Source: Gammaproteobacteria bacterium | GTDB taxonomy: Bacteria; Pseudomonadota; Gammaproteobacteria; DSM-16500 | DNA: 64,000 nucleotides | Assembly (NCBI GenBank): GCA_033762075.1 | Contig: JANRLY010000040.1 | Coordinates: forward strand, 17,372-81,371 | Direction of reading: 5' to 3' | Shown: positions 15,361 through 25,116 of the stretch, one piece after another | How the letters are laid out: each line of letters starts with the position of its first letter | How positions within the stretch are numbered: position 1 is the stretch's first letter | The notes under the pieces: model-generated | The model's input: the letters and a program-made list of their open reading frames with translations, nothing else | Databases searched by the model: none | What the model was told of the DNA's origin: nothing | Made by a program: the position numbers and the translations under genes

Positions 15361-16670
15361 AAGCCTTTGATTTAGCCATTGCCCAGCCGTGGGCTATTTT
15401 GCCTGAAATGCTCACAACTATTTTGAGTATCGCAGCGCGTGAAACTGATCCTGAAGCAGTCGCTGCAAAATTAGGACGAACCTTAGAAAACACGTATCAC
15501 GCTGAGTTTAGAGATGGCGTGGCAATATTGCCAGTCTCCGGCCCTGTCATGCGTTACGCCAATCTTTTTTCTAAAGTATCCGGTGCGACATCGATTGATG
15601 TGCTTGCAACGGATTTTACACAAGCATTGGAAAATCCTGACGTCAAAGCCATTGTATTAAATGTTGATAGTCCTGGTGGCACGGTGGCTGGTGTCAATGA
15701 ATTAGCTGACATGATTTATGCAGCACGCGGTAAAAAACCGATTACAGCTTATGTCTCTGGCATGGGCGCGAGTGCTGCTTATTGGCTGGCCTCAGCAGCG
15801 GATGAAATTGTGATTGATGCGACAGCGAGCGTTGGCAGCATTGGCGTGATCTCTGTGCAAAATGATGAGACAGAACGTAAAGCGAAAGCTGGAGTAAAAG
15901 AAATTCAAATTGTCAGCAGTCTATCTCCGCGTAAACGTCCTGATCTATCTACAGAAGAAGGTCGTGCGGATATTCAAGCGGTTGTAGATAGCATTGCAAA
16001 AGTATTTTTTCAAACTGTCGCGAGAAATCGCGGTGTGACAACGGATACTGTTTTGACCGATTTTGGGCAAGGCGGTTTATTGGTGGGAGCTGATGCGGTT
16101 GATGCGGGTATTGCTGATCGTATTGGTTCTTTGGAGCAGGTGATCGCCGGATTGTCCGGTGCTTTTAAAAGAGGAAGGGTTATGACTGAGCAGCTAAAAA
16201 GTGAAGCGCAGGATATGACAATGGATACGTTTATCCAACGCTATCCTGCGATGGCAGAAACGTTAAAAATGGAAGGTGCTAAAGGAGAACGTGAGCGCAT
16301 CCAATCGGTAGAAGATCAATTTATGTCTGGGCATGAATCGCTGATTCAATCTCTGAAATTTGATGGCAAAACAACCGGTGCAGAAGCTGCGATAAAAGTG
16401 CTGGCAGCAGAAAAAGAATCGCGCACTAAAATGCTCGCCAATCTAAAGGCGGATGCACCTTCTGCCGTGCCCATGCCAAGTATCCATCAAGCTGATAAAA
16501 ATGATGTGGTGCCTGATGATGAAGAATTGCCTGCTGAGGAAAAATACGAAGCACAGTGGCGCAAAGACGCAAAACTGCGTGCAGAATTCGGCAGCAAAGA
16601 GGCATTCATGGCTTACATGAAAGCGCAATCCAATGGTCAGGTGCGATTGTTAAGACGTGCTGCTGAATAA
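15357..16670 (+). CDS. Head maturation protease (S49/ClpP-like, lambda gpC-like) with a C-terminal scaffold region
   Basis: It has the S49 motifs VLNVDSPGGTVAG and GMGASAAYWLASAADE. The C-terminal third is charged and helical. Confidence 0.8.
   Translation: MKAFDLAIAQPWAILPEMLTTILSIAARETDPEAVAAKLGRTLENTYHAEFRDGVAILPVSGPVMRYANLFSKVSGATSIDVLATDFTQALENPDVKAIVLNVDSPGGTVAGVNELADMIYAARGKKPITAYVSGMGASAAYWLASAADEIVIDATASVGSIGVISVQNDETERKAKAGVKEIQIVSSLSPRKRPDLSTEEGRADIQAVVDSIAKVFFQTVARNRGVTTDTVLTDFGQGGLLVGADAVDAGIADRIGSLEQVIAGLSGAFKRGRVMTEQLKSEAQDMTMDTFIQRYPAMAETLKMEGAKGERERIQSVEDQFMSGHESLIQSLKFDGKTTGAEAAIKVLAAEKESRTKMLANLKADAPSAVPMPSIHQADKNDVVPDDEELPAEEKYEAQWRKDAKLRAEFGSKEAFMAYMKAQSNGQVRLLRRAAE
16182..16670 (+). 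CDS. Nested in-frame scaffold protein (lambda Nu3-like arrangement)
   Basis: An internal in-frame ATG at 16182 is preceded by the strong Shine-Dalgarno GAGGAAGGG (16171-16179). The downstream 162 aa are helical, charged and scaffold-like. Confidence 0.45.
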   Translation: MTEQLKSEAQDMTMDTFIQRYPAMAETLKMEGAKGERERIQSVEDQFMSGHESLIQSLKFDGKTTGAEAAIKVLAAEKESRTKMLANLKADAPSAVPMPSIHQADKNDVVPDDEELPAEEKYEAQWRKDAKLRAEFGSKEAFMAYMKAQSNGQVRLLRRAAE

Positions 16671-16690
16671 CCCAATATATTTTTAAGCAG

Positions 16691-16711
16691 CCCGCGCATG
16701 CGGGTTTTTTT
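16691..16711 (+). terminator. Rho-independent terminator within the late operon
   Basis: CCCGC-gcat-GCGGG followed by seven T residues. It shares the 17-nt tail TTTTTTTATGCCTAAAA with the terminator at 7853-7886. Confidence 0.6.
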
Positions 16712-16752
16712 ATGCCTAAAAATCCTATTCACATTTTAGAGGACAATATGTC

Positions 16753-17310
16753 ATGACTACGTTAGCAAAAGATACACCGCGTGATTACGAGCTAGGTCAA
16801 ATTAATGCGTTTCCTGTGGTTGCCACCGATATTATTTATGAAGGTGCAGCCGTAGGTTTAAATGGTTCGGGATACGCCCGTCCATTGACTGCAGGAGATA
16901 AATTTTTAGGGTTCTGCGAACAGCTTGCGGATAACAATACAGGCGCTGCAGGTGATAAAAAAGTACGGGTTGCCGTTGAAGGTAAAGTAAAGCTTAGCAT
17001 CAGCGGGCTGGCTATTACCGATGTAGGTAAACCGGTTTTTGCATCAGATGATGATACGTTCACGTTAACACAAAGTACCAATTCATTTATTGGACGCGTA
17101 CACCGTTATGAGTCATCCGGTGTTGGCATCGTAGAATTTGATGCAAACAAAGGTGTGGCAGGTGCATTGACTGAGTTAACCGATAATTCCGGTGGTACAG
17201 CTTCTGCAACGATTGCTGTTATCGGAGGCACTTATAGTCAATCGGAAGTAGCTAATGCCATCGCTTCACTTGCTGCGCAAGTTAACGCATTAATCCGCCA
17301 AACCAAGTAA
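16753..17310 (+). CDS. Head decoration / cement-like protein
   Basis: The 185-aa gene lies between the protease and the major capsid gene, in the lambda gpD position. The beta-rich N-terminal part resembles DUF2190-type decoration proteins. The call is tentative. Confidence 0.4.
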   Translation: MTTLAKDTPRDYELGQINAFPVVATDIIYEGAAVGLNGSGYARPLTAGDKFLGFCEQLADNNTGAAGDKKVRVAVEGKVKLSISGLAITDVGKPVFASDDDTFTLTQSTNSFIGRVHRYESSGVGIVEFDANKGVAGALTELTDNSGGTASATIAVIGGTYSQSEVANAIASLAAQVNALIRQTK

Positions 17311-17329
17311 TTTAGAGGAGTAATACACT

Positions 17330-18283
17330 ATGTCAGCCATAGGTTTAAGTAGTCGTGCGATTATCGGTGAATTTTATCGTCAGTTGGAACAGGACGCAGG
17401 TCAAAATTGGATTAATCCAATCTCTATGCTTTTCTCCAGCAACCAAGAAAGTGAAACTTACAAATGGCTAGGCCAAAGCCCTGTCATGCGTGAGTGGATT
17501 GGTGGTCGTCAAGCAAAGGGATTCAGAGAAAATGGTATCACCATCGCTAACAAGCACTTTGAAGCAACGCTTGAAGTGTTGATCAGTGAAATGCGTCGAG
17601 ATAAAACAGGTCAGGTTATGGTTCGGGTGCGTGAGTTAGCAGAACGTACCAATGCACATTGGGCAAGCTTACTCTCAACGCTTATCCTGAATGGCGCTAC
17701 CTCGGTTTGTTATGACGGCCAATATTTCTTTGATACTGATCACTCGGAAGGGAATAGCGGTACGCAAAGTAATTCTCTCAGTGTAGATATTTCTGGATTG
17801 CCTATTCCAGCCGATGAGCAAGGTTCTACAACTGAGCCAAGCGCTAGAGTAATGAAGTCTTGTATTTTAAAGGGTGTACGTCAAATCCTTGGATTTAAGG
17901 ATGACCAAGGTGAACCCATGAATGAAAATGCAAGAAACTTTCTCATCATGGTTCCTACTGCTTTCATGGATGTAGCGAATGCTGCCATTAATAATTCAGT
18001 GTTGAGCGGCGCAGAAACCAATGATCTTGCTTCAACGCGCAACTTCTCAGTGAATTTTGCAGTGAATCCGCGCCTCACTTGGACAGATAAGTTTGCGGTA
18101 TTTCGTGCAGATGGTTCTGTCTCTCCTTTTATTCGCCAAGAAGAAACACCAGTGCAATTAAATGCGATTGCTGAAGGTTCTGAAGAAGAATTTAAAAATC
18201 AACGGCATTTATACGGTGTAGATTGCTGGCGTAATGTGGGTTACGGCTACTGGCAAAAAGCTTGTTTAGTCACCTTAGCTTAA
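17330..18283 (+). CDS. Major capsid protein (Mu gpT-like family)
   Basis: GLSSRAIIGEFYRQLEQ...WINPISMLFSSNQESETYKWLGQSPVMREWIGGRQAKG is the characteristic N-terminus of gpT-like major head subunits. Confidence 0.8.
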   Translation: MSAIGLSSRAIIGEFYRQLEQDAGQNWINPISMLFSSNQESETYKWLGQSPVMREWIGGRQAKGFRENGITIANKHFEATLEVLISEMRRDKTGQVMVRVRELAERTNAHWASLLSTLILNGATSVCYDGQYFFDTDHSEGNSGTQSNSLSVDISGLPIPADEQGSTTEPSARVMKSCILKGVRQILGFKDDQGEPMNENARNFLIMVPTAFMDVANAAINNSVLSGAETNDLASTRNFSVNFAVNPRLTWTDKFAVFRADGSVSPFIRQEETPVQLNAIAEGSEEEFKNQRHLYGVDCWRNVGYGYWQKACLVTLA

Positions 18284-18297
18284 AAAGGAGTGTTGCC

Positions 18298-18612
18298 ATG
18301 AATCAATATGAAATTATCAAAGGGCCAATCACACTGCCAGTCGGTGTGATTGTTCACTTAAGTGAAGCGCAAGTGATACCGCGTAAACATGCCTTAAGAA
18401 ATAAAGAAAATGGCTTTTATGAAGTTATTTCACCGGTGCAATTTAAAAATGGTGAGTTATTGGGTTTTGATGCAACACCTGATAAAACGCTGTTATCTGC
18501 TTTTTTGCCGCTTGAAAAAATCAGAGAGCTTCAAGCAGAAAAATTGCAACAAACTAAGCAAGACAAAGCCGTTAAAAAACCACTCAATGAAACAAAAAAT
18601 AAGGATACGTAA
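18298..18612 (+). CDS. Hypothetical head-associated protein
   Basis: The ATG at 18298 is preceded by AAAAGGAG. The product is 104 aa with a lysine-rich tail, and no family was recognised. Confidence 0.45.
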   Translation: MNQYEIIKGPITLPVGVIVHLSEAQVIPRKHALRNKENGFYEVISPVQFKNGELLGFDATPDKTLLSAFLPLEKIRELQAEKLQQTKQDKAVKKPLNETKNKDT

Positions 18613-18615
18613 GCT

Positions 18616-18891
18616 GTGTTTGCTGAAGATTTATCATTATTTTTTAACTCAAGTGATTTTGCGGTGGCTGCTGTTTTTAGAGGAACAACCATTGTTAAAG
18701 GCATTCTTGGCAGCGCTTATGTAGAAGTAAATGGCGTTGAATCCTCAAAGCCTGTTTTTACCTGTGCGTTTTCGGATGTCGAGGATGTGATGCGCTCAGA
18801 TTCATTAGTGATTGAGAGCATCGAATATAAAATTGTGGCTGTAAAGCCCGATGGTACAGGCATTGCCGTGCTTGTTTTGGAGTTGCAGTAA
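18616..18891 (+). CDS. Head-tail connector / adaptor protein
   Basis: The 91-aa gene has a GTG start. Its position between the capsid and tail-completion genes and its beta-rich sequence resemble head-tail joining proteins. Confidence 0.45.
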   Translation: MFAEDLSLFFNSSDFAVAAVFRGTTIVKGILGSAYVEVNGVESSKPVFTCAFSDVEDVMRSDSLVIESIEYKIVAVKPDGTGIAVLVLELQ

Positions 18892-19454
18892 TGGAAGTCA
18901 ATGTTCGTATTGATGTTAAAAATGTAGAAAAAATGTTAGCAGATTTTCCTGCTAATATTATTCCACCCGCCATTGCGCGCGCCCTAAATAAAACCATTCA
19001 ATCCGCAAAGTCCACTGCTACTAAATCGATTGCTGCCAACATTGGTATTAAGCAACAAGATGTGCGTTCTGTGTTGGATATTGATAAGGCAAATCGCAAT
19101 AATCTTACCGCTATTTTAAAAGCAAGCAGTAAACGCCGTTTACCAGTCATTAAAATTGATCCTCGTGCAACTCAGGATGAAAGTGGTGTCAGTTACAAAG
19201 GTCAGGATGGGCAGATACAACATATTGATCACGCTTTCATTGCAACCATGAGAAGTGGTCATCGCGGCGTTTTTAAAAGAAAACCAGATGCCAAGCGCTT
19301 GCCGATTATTGAATTACAAGGGCCAAGCATACAAAAGGTCTTTGTGAATCAGGCTATTCAGGAAGCAATTAAATCCGCCATTGATGCGCGTTGGCAGCCT
19401 AATCTTGATCATGAAGTCTGGTTTGAGTTGCAACGCCGAGGTTATACCAAATGA
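18891..19454 (+). CDS. Minor tail protein Z-like (tail completion)
   Basis: The 187-aa product has FPANIIPPAIARALNKT... and HRGVFKRK motifs typical of the gpZ family. Confidence 0.6.
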   Translation: MEVNVRIDVKNVEKMLADFPANIIPPAIARALNKTIQSAKSTATKSIAANIGIKQQDVRSVLDIDKANRNNLTAILKASSKRRLPVIKIDPRATQDESGVSYKGQDGQIQHIDHAFIATMRSGHRGVFKRKPDAKRLPIIELQGPSIQKVFVNQAIQEAIKSAIDARWQPNLDHEVWFELQRRGYTK

Positions 19455-19912
19455 CCCACGTGCGCACCAAAATTCGTCAAGCGATTGTCACTGCTTTAGC
19501 TGGGCTTACTACTACTGAAGACCGTATCTTCGATACGCAAATTTATCCCTTAGAACGCGCACAACTTCCTGCTATTACTGTGGCAGTTGAAAAAGACAAT
19601 GTTCTAAGTGATTGGTCAACGATGTTGGAAAGTGGTGTTTTAGCGCAGACATATGAAATGCCAGTGATGATTCGAGGGTACGCTAAAGCGACTGAAACAG
19701 TGCAAGATGTTTTAGATGCTATTGCCCTTGAGGTCATTGAGGCACTGAAAGCAGACCGAACATTGGGCGGTCTTTCTAAAGATATCCGCATCGATGATGT
19801 ACCTGAAATTACGGTATCCGGCACCGGTGAACAGCCAATTGGCATGATTACTTTGGGTTGTATGGTGCTATACCGCATTGCAGACAATGCGCCCGATGTT
19901 CCCTTACTTTAA
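19451..19912 (+). CDS. Tail terminator / tail completion protein (gpU-like position)
   Basis: The 153-aa gene is translationally coupled to its neighbours and lies directly upstream of the major tail gene. Confidence 0.5.
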   Translation: MTHVRTKIRQAIVTALAGLTTTEDRIFDTQIYPLERAQLPAITVAVEKDNVLSDWSTMLESGVLAQTYEMPVMIRGYAKATETVQDVLDAIALEVIEALKADRTLGGLSKDIRIDDVPEITVSGTGEQPIGMITLGCMVLYRIADNAPDVPLL

Positions 19913-19932
19913 TTTTTCAAGGAGTTTAGTTT

Positions 19933-20328
19933 ATGGCAACTCATTTAGGTAAAGATGGTGTAGTCAAAGTATCGACTAATACCGTTGCAGAAGTCCGCAC
20001 GTGGACACTCAATGAAGCAGCAGATGTGGTAGATGCTAGCGTCATTGGAGATGATTGGAAAGTACAAAAAACCACCCTGAAATCTTGGCACGGTACATTA
20101 ACGTGTTTTTGGGATGAAACCGACACAACTGGTCAGGCCGCTCTCGCAATTGGAGCTAGTGTGACATTAAATCTCTATCCTGAAGGTAGTGCAGACGGGA
20201 GCACCTATTTCACTGGCACCGCTTTGGTAACAGGCGTTGATGTAAGTGCTGCTCACAACGGATTAGTAGAAGCTAATATTGTTTTCCAAGGAACTGGTGC
20301 TTTAACCATATCAACTGTTGATCTCTAG
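19933..20328 (+). CDS. Major tail protein (small, RcGTA g9 / phi13-like family)
   Basis: The 131-aa product contains ...VRTWTLNEAADVVDASVIGDDW...WHGTLTCFWDETD... as in the small major-tail family. A chaperone pair and the tape measure follow. Confidence 0.65.
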   Translation: MATHLGKDGVVKVSTNTVAEVRTWTLNEAADVVDASVIGDDWKVQKTTLKSWHGTLTCFWDETDTTGQAALAIGASVTLNLYPEGSADGSTYFTGTALVTGVDVSAAHNGLVEANIVFQGTGALTISTVDL

Positions 20329-20338
20329 AGGATAAGTC

Positions 20339-20716
20339 ATGACAAATATTTTAGAAAAAGCTAAACAGCATTTTAGAGACGTTATTAACGGTGAAGGACT
20401 GCGTTATATTGAAATAGCTGAGTGGGGAGAGGTCAACCAACCCGTCAAAATTTATTTTAAACCGCTTGCGGCTTTACCTGTGAAAATCTATAGCAAATTT
20501 ATTGAATTAGGAACACAGCAAACCGTAGAAGCTTTTGTCGATATGTTGATACTACGTTGTCTTGATCAAGAAGGTAAGCCACTTTTTAAACCTGTTGATA
20601 GAACTGAAATGCTTCGTCAGATTTCACCTGTAGTCGTCTGCGATATCATTAGGAAAATGAGTGATAAAGAAAAAGACGAGCATATTGATGCTGAGATAGC
20701 CGAAAAAAACTCCTAG
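20339..20716 (+). CDS. Tail assembly chaperone (gpG-like, frame-0 product)
   Basis: The 125-aa acidic protein lies between the major tail and tape measure genes. It ends just after the slippery run A AAA AAC. Confidence 0.7.
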   Translation: MTNILEKAKQHFRDVINGEGLRYIEIAEWGEVNQPVKIYFKPLAALPVKIYSKFIELGTQQTVEAFVDMLILRCLDQEGKPLFKPVDRTEMLRQISPVVVCDIIRKMSDKEKDEHIDAEIAEKNS

Positions 20717-20853
20717 CCGACACTGATCTTTATTGCGTATATGCACTTGCTGACCGTTTGCATAAAACCGTCGGTGAAATACTCGCTATACCAGTGTCGG
20801 AATTTATCGGTTGGCTTGCCTATTTAAAAATCACTCAAGAGAAGCGCCCATAA
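20339..20853 (+). CDS. Tail assembly chaperone GT-like fusion made by a programmed -1 frameshift
   Basis: At the slippery heptamer A_AAA_AAC (20704-20710), the -1 frame stays open for 48 codons (LLADTDLYCVYALADRLHKTVGEILAIPVSEFIGWLAYLKITQEKRP). It stops at 20851-20853, 2 nt before the tape-measure ATG. Confidence 0.65.
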
Positions 20854-20855
20854 TT

Positions 20856-22658
20856 ATGTCCGCAACTGCAACCGTCATACTTACTGCTGAAGATAGGACA
20901 AAGGCTGCTTTTGCGTCATTAAAAAGTAACGTCGGTGGTGTTACCAGTTATTTAGGTGGTTTAAAAACTCAATTATTAGCCTTAGCAGGTGTTGCTGGTT
21001 TTGGTGCCCTAGTGGTGAGTGCTATTCGTGCAGGTGATGAAGTAGCAAAATTATCGCAGAAATTAGGTGCATCGACTGAGGCGCTATCACAGTATCGTCA
21101 CGTGGCTGAGTTATCCAATGTTGCCTTTGAGTCGTTGACTAAAGGCTGGCAATTGATGGAGAAAAATGTATCGCTAGCCACGCAGGGTATTGGCCCAGCT
21201 AAAGATGCGTTAAAAGAATTAGGATTATCTGCAAGTGATTTAAAAAAATTAAAACCAGAAGCACAATTTGAAATATTAGCAGATGCAATGGAACAAGTAA
21301 AAAATCCTGCTGATAAAGTGCGTCTGGCTATGCAGGTTTTTGGCAAAGCCGGTGCAGATTTAATTCCTGTTATGCAGGGTGGATCTGCTGCTATTCGTGC
21401 GGCGCGTGAGGAAGCGGATCGATTGGGTCTTACCTTAGATCAAGCAGCAGCACGTGATATGGAAGAAGCAAACGATGCTATGATGCGTCTTAAGAGTGCT
21501 TTTCTAGGTGTGGCGAATACGTTGGCTGTACAATTTGGCCCAGCGCTTGCTACCATCGCTGAATGGCTTAGTCAAAACTTACCGGCTGCCGTCAATGTTA
21601 CTGTCAAAGCGTTTATTCGATTAAAAGAAATCGTTGCATTAGCGCTTTCAACGATCTTCTCTGCTATGGGAACCTTGTTTAGTCTGTTAGCAAAGCTGCC
21701 AGGCGATGTTGGTCAGACATTTAAAGATGGTGCGGACGCTGCTGATCAATTTACAAAAAAAATGTTTGATACTGTTTCTGGATATGAAAAACAGCTTGAT
21801 GACATGAATATCAAAGAAAAACAGCATTACACTGCCGTTCAGCAGACGAGCAAAACTTACACGGAACTATATAATCCCGCATTGCAGGCAATGACAGAAC
21901 AAAAAAAGAAAGCACGTGAACATACCGCTAAATTAACAGATACAGAAAAAGCTTATAAAAAAGAGCTAGAGGATGGTAAGCAGCTTACAGAAGACCTGCG
22001 TACGCCACAGGAGACTTACGCGGATAACATTCAAAAAATTAATAAACTTTTAGCTGATGGTGTCATTACTCAAGAAACCTACAATCGCGCATTGCTCAAG
22101 TATCAAAAAGATTTAAGTGATTCCTCTGGTGTGACCAAAGCGTTAGAAGATCAAAAGAAAATAACCGAAGATCATGTTAAACAAATGGCAGATATTTTTA
22201 AAAATGGTTTCTTTGCCCTCATGAATGATGGTTTTGATGGCATGGTAAAAAGTTTTGAAAATGCACTGGCATCAATGGCTGCTGATGCAGCATCCAATGA
22301 AATTAGTCAAATGCTGTTTGGTGGCGTGGGAAGTAGCGCAGGTAAAGGTGAGTCGAGTCTTTTTAGCGATATTTTTGGTGGCATTGGCAGTTTCTTTGGC
22401 TTTGGCGGATTCAAAGCTGCGGGTGGGCCGGTATTGGCAGGCAAAGGCTATATTGTGGGTGAAAATGGCCCTGAATATTTTCTGCCAAAACAAAGCGGCA
22501 ATATTATCCCGAATGATCAAATGACTCAAAAAAATTCTGGTTCAACGATTGTCATGAATATTAGCACACCTGATGCCAACTCTTTTAGACGCTCAAGTGG
22601 TCAAATTATTTCTGAAATGGGTGTTGCCATACAACGTGCTGTGAGGAGAAATACATGA
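20856..22658 (+). CDS. Tail tape measure protein
   Basis: The 600-aa product is helical and Ala/Lys/Gln-rich. The C-terminal GGPVLAGKGYIVGENGPEYFLP motif is typical of tape measure proteins. Confidence 0.85.
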   Translation: MSATATVILTAEDRTKAAFASLKSNVGGVTSYLGGLKTQLLALAGVAGFGALVVSAIRAGDEVAKLSQKLGASTEALSQYRHVAELSNVAFESLTKGWQLMEKNVSLATQGIGPAKDALKELGLSASDLKKLKPEAQFEILADAMEQVKNPADKVRLAMQVFGKAGADLIPVMQGGSAAIRAAREEADRLGLTLDQAAARDMEEANDAMMRLKSAFLGVANTLAVQFGPALATIAEWLSQNLPAAVNVTVKAFIRLKEIVALALSTIFSAMGTLFSLLAKLPGDVGQTFKDGADAADQFTKKMFDTVSGYEKQLDDMNIKEKQHYTAVQQTSKTYTELYNPALQAMTEQKKKAREHTAKLTDTEKAYKKELEDGKQLTEDLRTPQETYADNIQKINKLLADGVITQETYNRALLKYQKDLSDSSGVTKALEDQKKITEDHVKQMADIFKNGFFALMNDGFDGMVKSFENALASMAADAASNEISQMLFGGVGSSAGKGESSLFSDIFGGIGSFFGFGGFKAAGGPVLAGKGYIVGENGPEYFLPKQSGNIIPNDQMTQKNSGSTIVMNISTPDANSFRRSSGQIISEMGVAIQRAVRRNT

Positions 22659-24271
22659 GTTTTTTAGAATCACCACGTTTCCCTGACAATATTGGAATGA
22701 ATTCTTCTGGTGGCCCACAATACAATACTGAAGTGGTTATTTTACGCAGCGGATTTGAACAGCGTAATGCACGGTGGACTTATCCACTGCATACATATGA
22801 TGTGGCATCGGGTGTCAAAACAGATACTGATTTAGGAAATATCATCCAGTTTTTTAATAGTGTTCGCGGACGATTAATTGGTTTCCGTTATAAAGATTGG
22901 ACGGATTATCAATCTGCACCCATAGGCGATGCGATTACACCCACCGATCAAACCATTGGAACCGGCGATGGAACTATTACTGATTTTCAATTAATCAAAA
23001 CCTATGCGGCGGGTTCTGTTACCCAAGATCGCCTTATTAATAAACCTGTGCCTGGCTCGACTGTCGTGGCTATTGGCGGTGTAGCGGACAATAATTTTGT
23101 TGTCGATAACACAACAGGCGTTGTGTCTTTTGCCTCTGATAATGCATTAACAATTACAGATATTACGCAAGCCACGCATGGAAAAATTACTACTGCTGAA
23201 GATCACAATTTATCAGTAGGCAATACCGTATTTTTTAGCGGTATTGATGGAATGACGCAGCTAAATAATATTCGCGGTAAAATTTCGTCTATTGTTTCAG
23301 ACACAGAATTTGAAGTGCTTATTAATACCAATTTGTTTGATGAATATGAAAGTGGCGGCCAAATCAATACCGTTCCTCAGTCGGGCGAAATTGTATCAGC
23401 AGGTTTTGAGTTTGATGTACCATGCCGCTTTGATGCCGATAAACTATCCATAGGCATGCTGCATCACAGTGTTGGCACCTACACTATTCCTATTGTAGAA
23501 ATGCGCTTAGCCAATGCACCTGGTGGTGGGCCGTATGTCACCTATGCTGTAGATTTTAATTATATACTGCCTGATTACATCCCAACCTATTTAAAACGCA
23601 ATCAAAATTTAGTGTCTGTCACCAATGGCTATCAGGGTATATTTTCAGGCTGGTTCCGCTTTGATGAGTATGAATTTAACCAAAATAATTTACTCGATAA
23701 TCAAAACGGCACAGGGTTTTTAACAATTCACCGCAACGACAATGACAATATCCGCTTTGATTTTTATGATGCAGATGGCAATGCATATTTTGGATTTGAA
23801 AGTAATAGTAGTTTCGATGACGATTCTGAATGGCATCATATTTTATGTTCATGGGATACTAATTTTGAATCCGGTAGCAAAGTGGCGCATCTGTATATCG
23901 ATGGAGAAGATGAACTTAATATTACGGATGATGATTCTGATGCTTTTGAGATTGCGTATGAATCAACCAATTGGTTTATAGGCACGGATGCGTATGAATC
24001 CTATCCTTTCATCGGCTGCATGACAGAGTTTTATTTTGCACCGAATCAGTTTCTTGATTTTAGCATTGCCTCAAATCGCCTTAAATTCCGCAATACATTT
24101 GGCAAGCCTGTATTGCTGGGTGCAGATGGTTCCTACCCAACAGGTATTACGCCCGCCATTTACCTTAAAAATTTAGTGCTGACCTTTGCTAATAACTTAG
24201 GTTCGGGCGGTAACTTTAGCATCAACGGACAACTAACCGGCTGCTCAAGTTCGCCTACGGATGATGTATGA
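22655..24271 (+). CDS. Distal tail protein (RcGTA g12-like, TIGR02217/DUF2460-type) with a C-terminal LamG/concanavalin-like domain
   Basis: The N-terminus FLESPRFPDNIGMNSSGGPQYNTEVV...GFEQRN is characteristic. The C-terminal part (GWFRFDE...WHHILCSWD...LYIDGE...FIGCMTEFYF) resembles LamG lectin folds. Confidence 0.65.
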   Translation: MSFLESPRFPDNIGMNSSGGPQYNTEVVILRSGFEQRNARWTYPLHTYDVASGVKTDTDLGNIIQFFNSVRGRLIGFRYKDWTDYQSAPIGDAITPTDQTIGTGDGTITDFQLIKTYAAGSVTQDRLINKPVPGSTVVAIGGVADNNFVVDNTTGVVSFASDNALTITDITQATHGKITTAEDHNLSVGNTVFFSGIDGMTQLNNIRGKISSIVSDTEFEVLINTNLFDEYESGGQINTVPQSGEIVSAGFEFDVPCRFDADKLSIGMLHHSVGTYTIPIVEMRLANAPGGGPYVTYAVDFNYILPDYIPTYLKRNQNLVSVTNGYQGIFSGWFRFDEYEFNQNNLLDNQNGTGFLTIHRNDNDNIRFDFYDADGNAYFGFESNSSFDDDSEWHHILCSWDTNFESGSKVAHLYIDGEDELNITDDDSDAFEIAYESTNWFIGTDAYESYPFIGCMTEFYFAPNQFLDFSIASNRLKFRNTFGKPVLLGADGSYPTGITPAIYLKNLVLTFANNLGSGGNFSINGQLTGCSSSPTDDV

Positions 24272-25116
24272 CGAAGCCATTAAGTTATGCATTACTCGAT
24301 CATTATCAAAAAGAAAATCAAACGATCACGCGCTGCGTTCGCATTGAGCGTAGAGATGGTGTTGTCATTGGGTTAACAGATCATGATGCGGATTTAGTTG
24401 TTCAGGGAATTTTGTATAAAAGTGCGGTAGGTTATACGCCGACTGCTATTCAAGCCAATGATAATTTATCTGTTAATAACATTGATGTGGAAGGCATATT
24501 AGCGGTTGCAGGTGTTGGCCGTGATGATATTGCTGGCGGATTATTTGATTACGCTCGCGTGTATGTGTTTGAGGTCAATTATAAGAAGCCAACTTATGAC
24601 ATTATGCCGCTTGTTACAGGATTTTGGGGGGAATCAAAATTACAAGAGAACAAATATACCACCGAATTTCGCAGCCTCTCTCAAGCATTGCAGCAAAAAC
24701 TAGGTGAGCTTTATTCTATTACGTGTAGAGCCAATTTAGGAGACTCTCGTTGTAAAGCGAATCTCGCTTCTTTTACCGTAAGCGGCACAGTCAACGATGT
24801 TACCAATAAAGCTATTTTCAGTGCGTCCACCTTTGCTCAAGACAGCGGATATTTTCAATTCGGCCTACTCACATGGACTACCGGTAACAATACAAGCTAT
24901 TCAATGGAAGTCAAAGTATTCACCACCGGCGGTGGCTTTCAGTTAGTCCAGCCCATGCCAAATACCATTGAGGTGGGTGATACCTTTCATGTCTATGCGG
25001 GATGTAACAAAGCCATCGCTACCTGCAAAGCCAAATTTAATAACGTGGTGAATTTTCGTGGCGAGCCGTTCGTTCCTGGAATCGACAAAATGCTGAGTTA
25101 TCCCAATGCCAAATAG
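24268..25116 (+). CDS. Tail hub protein (RcGTA g13-like, DUF2163/TIGR02218-type)
   Basis: It contains TITRCVRIERRDGVVIGLTDHDADL and the C-terminal CNKAIATCKAKFNNVVNFRGEPFVPG motif. Confidence 0.65.
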   Translation: MTKPLSYALLDHYQKENQTITRCVRIERRDGVVIGLTDHDADLVVQGILYKSAVGYTPTAIQANDNLSVNNIDVEGILAVAGVGRDDIAGGLFDYARVYVFEVNYKKPTYDIMPLVTGFWGESKLQENKYTTEFRSLSQALQQKLGELYSITCRANLGDSRCKANLASFTVSGTVNDVTNKAIFSASTFAQDSGYFQFGLLTWTTGNNTSYSMEVKVFTTGGGFQLVQPMPNTIEVGDTFHVYAGCNKAIATCKAKFNNVVNFRGEPFVPGIDKMLSYPNAK

